A stretch of 64,000 nucleotides of DNA from Cladosporium halotolerans (lineage: Eukaryota). Under the pieces are notes generated by a model. The model was given only the letters and a program-made list of their open reading frames with translations. It searched no databases and was not told the DNA's origin. This document shows positions 58,382-64,000 of the stretch, in pieces (the first letter of the stretch is position 1; every line of letters begins with the position of its first letter). A program made the position numbers and the translations under genes. The stretch covers positions 372,001 to 436,000 of the forward strand of contig NW_027191465.1 in assembly GCF_011745625.1 (NCBI RefSeq). The letters run 5' to 3'.

Positions 58382-60498
58382 ATGACAAATCATTGTACAA
58401 CGAATGGTCCAGCGCAGCAACCTGCGTGTGGCCAGAGAACGAATGGCATGAAATGGCAGGCCGGGTGATCTTCATCACCATAATGGATCGGCTACAAGGG
58501 GCGAAGGGATGCGTTTCAAACATGGGAAGCAGAGGTGCGGTAAGGTAAGGCAAATTTTTCCTTGACCAGAGATAACCCCAAACGGTGCGAGGGCGCGGCG
58601 AATGAACTGCGCGCACCTCAATCCTTTCGTATGTTTACCATGGGGCTTGGACAAAGGGCATCGGGCTCGGCTTCGGCGTTTTTCTTTTTTCGGGACGGTA
58701 TGAATGAATAGTGTTTTTATCCGAGCTGCATTCTACTTCGAATCCGGCAAATAGCTTTTGGCAATGCATGTGTATGACTTGGTAAGGTTTCCGGTTGCTC
58801 AGGATTCGTCATTTCGGTCGTTGCATGATGCGTCAGCGGAAACAGTCGCTCAGCGTGATGAATTCCACCAGTCACCAGTCACCAACCATCTCAAAGTCTG
58901 TGGCATTGCACAGCTTCCCCGGCGTGCCCGGCTCTCTCTGGTAATACCAGATTGCTAAATTCTGATAGCATATAGTTGCACTTCAAGTTCGAATCTAGAT
59001 CACGGAGAGGCCCCTAAAACGCTGTCAGTAGTAGCGATCACCATATAGATAGATACTCTACCGTACTGCCATCCCTCCTAGACATCCTCAAATTGGTTTC
59101 TCGGCGGAGAGCCTATTAACAAGCAGGCCACAAACTTATAGACAACTGGTGGTCACAACGCCCAGCGTTTGGGCTTGCCACTGCTGACACGCATGGTGTC
59201 GGTGTTGGCATGCATTGCCCTCGGCGTTCTCGAATATACCTTAAATACTCGCTCAGTAGACATTGTCGAAGGTTTGATAGATCATTCAAGTACTATTCCG
59301 TTACACGCGCTGGGACTGGAAAAATGTGACGATCGATAGGTTAGTCGGTTCCATGCTTTTCATCTTCACGATATCTCACATGCGTGCATGAAGAAAGAAC
59401 ACATTTTGCCGAGCTGAATGCCCAACGCAATTGCCCCATGATGCGTACATTGTCGACATCGCCAGACACGCCTCAATAATACCGAAGCGCTCGCAACAAA
59501 CATTTCTCGAAGATGGATTGAGCTAACTTGTTGGCGCAAACATTCAACTGATGGTCTTCTCTCAAAAAAACATTGAGTGAGCCTCGGTCCGTCTTGGGTA
59601 CCTGCTCTACCCGCACAGTCGGTGTACAGGAGCGCAACTCGGTTTGTGATGGAGACGGCCACGGAAAATTGTAGCGTCGGCCCAGCGCAGTTCATCACAA
59701 AAGGTGCTCGACCTATCAATCGAACTAGCTCGACCTCGTCTTCGGAATACCTAGGTGGCATGTCGAGTTCGAAGTCACCTACACTATCAATACATCATCT
59801 CGAAACCATAATAAATTCTCTCAGCGTTCAAGCCCTCATCTCAACGCAGGCATGACATCTTGTTGCACATGAGTAACAACAGCTCACAAACCTGTTGAAT
59901 TCCTCCGGTGGGTATTGCCACGGCCAAAGGCTGTTGTCATGGTGCTTGAAGATCCGATCGAGAGCTCCCTTCTTGTAGATGCGGTCTAGTCAGATGGCGC
60001 TTTATTTTTGCCGTATTGGAGAGAATCTCACAAGTTGTGCACTGGTGACGGCTTTGAATAACCCCAAGGCCCACCCTAACCCTAGCGTGATCCGGGCGCG
60101 GCGCGCCTCGTACGCGCCGTAACTCACATCTAGAGAAGCTAACCCTGTTAGGATCTCGCCGAAGGCCTTCGCCAACAGCTGCACAGAGAGCAAACGCACA
60201 AGGCGTCGACGCAGATGTACGGCAATTTGAAAAACATCAAGAACGGAAAGCATTTTCCGTTCGGATGTTGTCAGAAACGCATTCAGAAAAGCAGCAGGTT
60301 GAAAGCTTTGGCTTATCGCTTCATTTGTGTATTTTCAATCAATCTATTGCAGAACGTCAGCCGATCAATCAAAACAAGAAGGCTCTATCACCGATAGATT
60401 CTGACCTGTGATTGATTGACTAATGGTGTCCATCCCTGTGTACGGAATATTGAGATAGTGTGATCGGACTCAATGCTCGATGATGTGGAGAAACTAAT

Positions 60499-61498
60499 CT
60501 ACAGAGCAGAATGGAACGATCTAACCATGCTCAAGTCACCTGTCCACAATGACCACAGTGCCCATCCAGTGCCACCGACGAGTAGCGCCAAGAACGTCAG
60601 GCGCTTGAAGATAGCGATTAATGTCAGCTTCAATGCTGCCTCGAAGCGCTTGTTCAACGTGACGGCGTCGTTACCCCTGGGGAACTCGATTCCCGGATGA
60701 GGCACCTCGAGGAACTTGCACAGTGGATCCCAGCCCTCCTTCACGTTGTATTCGAGAAGTCTTTCAGGTGGCACGAGAGAACGCACATGCTCGTAATGCT
60801 TCTCATATCCCGATTTGGCGTTCCGCTCAAAATCGCCGTCGAAAAGGATCGACCATGAGCGCGCAAAGGCTGGCCGTGTCCAGCGGGAGTGCATGCGCAG
60901 GGCGTGGCCAACAGGGATCAGGCCTTTTGTTAACGGATGAGCGAACCGGCGTTCGCAGGTTTCGAGGCATGACCTGGATGTTTCGTTCCGTCAGTTGGTC
61001 ATTTTCCTGGGGTATGTCGATCGCCACTCACTCACCTGTACCATGTGTCAAAGTTGCGATGAGTCAAGATCACTTTCGCTTCGGGGTACGCCTTTATCAG
61101 CTCGTCGGCGAACAAGATGGCGGGCATGTCAGAGACACCCTGACAGTGGCCAAGCAGCTTATCGAACTCTTCGCGACCGTAGGGCTTGCCTTTGCCATCG
61201 TACTTTGCCTCGAGAGCCTCCATCCACATCTCATTGTCTTTAGGATTGTTGAACAGGGGTTGCCAGCCATGATAGCACTCGTTGATGCCTAGGAGCCGGA
61301 GGGCATTGCTTGTTGCTACTTCAACGTCAGTTTTACGTTTCTTGATGTGTTGTGGCGTGTTTCTCACTGACATTCGGTACCAGTCCTGCCCATGCCGAGC
61401 ATAAGGACCTTCATAGGTGTGCTTCTGTAGCCATATTTCTTGCGGTCAATGTTTGTCACCACACACTTGTAATCTGCAAAATGGGTAGGCTCAGCCAT
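60499..61498 (-). CDS. P-loop sulfotransferase-like protein (Sulfotransfer_4 type)
   Basis: Three exons. MKVLMLGMGRTGT, CYHG, VSDMPA..FADELIKAYPEAKVILTHR, VPPERLLEYNVKEGWDPLCKFL...P...FPRGN, and a C-terminal TM helix. Confidence 0.88.
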
Positions 61499-62385
61499 GT
61501 TGAGTGTTGAAGTACGATAAATCGATTTCGAAAGAGAACTTTCGTCTCTATCAAACCGAACTACCAATCGAGCCTTTCATCGGCCCCAAGACTCAGATGG
61601 CATAGGGTCTCCCAGAAAGCTGGGATCTTCCCGGGTCCAAGTGCATATGTCTAGCGAAAACGACCGGGGACCGCACCGGCGGCACTACTGCAGGTCTGTC
61701 ACCACGCGTCTGGTTGAGCAGAAGTGTGATGGGCCATTGGATCCAGACACTTGGCCGGGTCACTGCCGCGAAGTTGTTGAGGGCTGCATTCAAGCAGCTA
61801 TAGCCGGGTCTTGTGGGTCGGGCGGTCAAAGTCCGCTCTATGGTCGGTGAGACCGCACACGGTGGATCTCTGTAGATCGTCCAGATACGTAGGCGAGAAG
61901 CCAAATCTGCATCGACCATGTATGTTAGCAAGCGCCCCATAAGGCAAAGGCTGGGCGAGGTCCATAATAATGCCGTCGGCAAAGGTGATGAAAAAGTGGG
62001 GCGTGATCGGCGCGGCTAATGCCAAAGCAACTCAAATGTAACCTCTGTTTCGCATTCCGATTACATAGAGCGTATGCACTGGACATTCCCCAACAATATC
62101 GCGTCAGGATTGAGTGGCTGGTATCCATGCGGCTTGTGTCGGGCGGCATGCGTAATTTTTGAACGCCTGTAACGGTATCTCTAAGGTCATGAACAAAATT
62201 GGTGCTATACCATCGCCTTAGGACTATCTACAGGTGATTGTTGATTAAAGAGCGTGCTGGCTGACCTGCTTTAGACAGAAGAGACTAGCGAGCATAGCTA
62301 TTGAGTCACCCAGATAGGAGAGGTTTTGACGCCTGCGTCTCGGAAACGGTGGCGATCACCGCATTCCCGTCTTGCGGTACCGTGC

Positions 62386-63936
62386 TCACCAGACATCCAA
62401 TGGCCTTGCTGTCAGACGTAGGATGCCATTTGTTTTGAGCATCACCGTGGTCCAGTGATCAGCCTCCACTGTCTTCTCTGGCCCGGGAGACCATTCAAAC
62501 TTGCCCACCAGGCCTGCGAGAAAGATCAAGATCTCATAGTGTGCAAACTTCTGGCCAATGCAGCTTCGCGCTCCGTGCGAGAAGGTCGAGAAGCAGTACC
62601 GATCTTTCGAGCCGCCGTAGGCCTTCGCCTCAGCGCTGCCGAGCCAGCGTTCTGGAATGAACTCTCCCGCAGTCGGGCCCCAGTTCTCTTTGGACCTGTT
62701 CATGAGGTAGAGACTGACCACGAGCGGCGTACGGGCTGGGATGGCCTGCCCGCACACCACCGTCTTCTCGGGAGAGACGCGAGTCTGCCTTGGCACAGGG
62801 CCCCAGAAGCGAAGTGATTCTTTGACCACCGCCTCCAAGTACTCCATAGAGTCAACTTTTGCCGGGTCGATTGGCGTGTCTGACCCAGGACTGGGCATGT
62901 TGGCGCGGATCTCCTCACGAAGCCTTTGCTGACGCTCAGGATCTTTCGACAATTCATAGAGAGTCCAACCGAGAGCCAGAGCGGAGGCCTCGTGGCCAGC
63001 AGCCAGGACAGCCATGCACTGGGAAACCATATCCTCCGTCGTAGCGAACTTTGGGGAAGCCAAGAGGACGCTCAGGATGTCCTTTTGTGCCTCTTTCTCA
63101 GCAGTGCTCTCGCTCTCACGTTTCTTGATGACCTCCCGAGTAGCACAGCGGATCGTTTGGATGCACGCTTTGGCATCGCGGTTACGCTTCATCGGAAGGT
63201 TGAACAAGATGCGTATGGGTACGATCTGTGCAAGGATCTTGATCAAAGCAGCGCTACCACTCGGTAGAAAAGCAGTACGGTAATTCCGGACCAGCTCAGA
63301 CTGGGGCTCTTCAATCGAGTTGAAGTCGAAGCCAAATCCTGCGAGTGCAATGGCATCCAGCGTGCCGCGAGAGACCCAGTCATCGACCTCAATGAGCTTG
63401 GCCGATTTGCCACAGAAGGAATCCAGTGAACCGAGTAGCTCCACAGTCTTCTTCCAAAACGTTGGATACATGTCCTTGAGCTGTCGATGCTTGAAGCCAG
63501 GCTGCATTTCCTTGCGCTGTGAGGCATGCTCAGAACCCTCGGCGGCGAAGATACCACCTCCGGTCAGGCGACATAAGATGGCTTTGGCGGCTGGTGGCCG
63601 AGAGTAGGTCTTCGTATCGCCAGAGTGGACGACTCTCGTTCCGTCCGTGGTAGTCAACAGAACTCTCTCGCCGTTCAGAAGACCAAAATAGCGAATCATG
63701 CCATTGTTAGGGACCGTCTCCGCCCACTGTACAAAGTCCAGGCTATTCGGTTCAATGAACAGGCGTTGCAGCAGCGGTTTCTGTGGCGCGCATGGTAGAC
63801 CGCGGAGGCTGCTGAAGCGAGGGCGTAGTGCGATTCTGTAAACTAGGTATATGGGCGTGAGAGTGGCAATGCATGCAAGAACAATAAGAATGTAGCCCTG
63901 CACGAACGCAATAGCTTGATACACTGAAGTAGCCAT
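62386..63936 (-). CDS. Cytochrome P450
   Basis: Intronless, 516 aa. N-terminal anchor, AAGHEAS I-helix, KESLR (ExxR), FIPERW, heme motif FSHGARSCIG. Confidence 0.95.
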   Translation of the reverse strand: MATSVYQAIAFVQGYILIVLACIATLTPIYLVYRIALRPRFSSLRGLPCAPQKPLLQRLFIEPNSLDFVQWAETVPNNGMIRYFGLLNGERVLLTTTDGTRVVHSGDTKTYSRPPAAKAILCRLTGGGIFAAEGSEHASQRKEMQPGFKHRQLKDMYPTFWKKTVELLGSLDSFCGKSAKLIEVDDWVSRGTLDAIALAGFGFDFNSIEEPQSELVRNYRTAFLPSGSAALIKILAQIVPIRILFNLPMKRNRDAKACIQTIRCATREVIKKRESESTAEKEAQKDILSVLLASPKFATTEDMVSQCMAVLAAGHEASALALGWTLYELSKDPERQQRLREEIRANMPSPGSDTPIDPAKVDSMEYLEAVVKESLRFWGPVPRQTRVSPEKTVVCGQAIPARTPLVVSLYLMNRSKENWGPTAGEFIPERWLGSAEAKAYGGSKDRYCFSTFSHGARSCIGQKFAHYEILIFLAGLVGKFEWSPGPEKTVEADHWTTVMLKTNGILRLTARPLDVW

Positions 63937-64000
63937 CTTTGCAGAAGAAGTCGTCGTTGCAGAGTTTCACTTTCAACAACAGGCTGCATTCCAGACTCGG

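Noticed and set aside
57215..58420. 401-aa antisense ORF over CDK1, and similar shadow ORFs over the amidase, FAD monooxygenase and RAD4 genes
   Set aside because: Explained by GC-rich codon bias on the true coding strand; no independent motifs.
1..64000. Autonomous transposon, Starship captain, CRISPR array or tRNA
   Set aside because: No transposase, reverse transcriptase or tyrosine-recombinase ORF, spaced repeat array or cloverleaf was recognised by eye; degenerate copies could have been missed.

Overview
Intron-containing genomic DNA from a filamentous ascomycete; the gene content suggests a Dothideomycete (inference). There are about 20 protein-coding genes. Housekeeping genes: complex I 30-kDa subunit, NOT4, ATG13, CCDC130/Saf4, RAD4, CDK1. 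Metabolic, secreted or accessory genes: cutinase, DUF3328/UstYa, SDR, amidase, Gpr1/Fun34 transporter, MFS, FAD monooxygenase, sulfotransferase-like protein, P450. One dispersed 5S rRNA gene is also present. The most notable structures are two accessory islands, each bracketed by direct repeats of host sequence and with no visible recombinase. (1) A ~3.8 kb NACHT-ankyrin NLR with an N-terminal HET-s-like amyloid motif lies between a full 5S rRNA gene and a degenerate 5S 5'-fragment. (2) A ~7 kb island carrying an 8-Cys secreted protein lies between two diverged ~315 bp copies of the MFS/CCDC130 tail-to-tail junction. Other observations: a tandem paralog with an in-frame stop missed by the ORF track, alternative NOT4 C-termini, a ~430-nt intergenic fold-back, and XPA-like GGGF motifs in RAD4. 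All calls come from reading the sequence by eye; no database searches were run.
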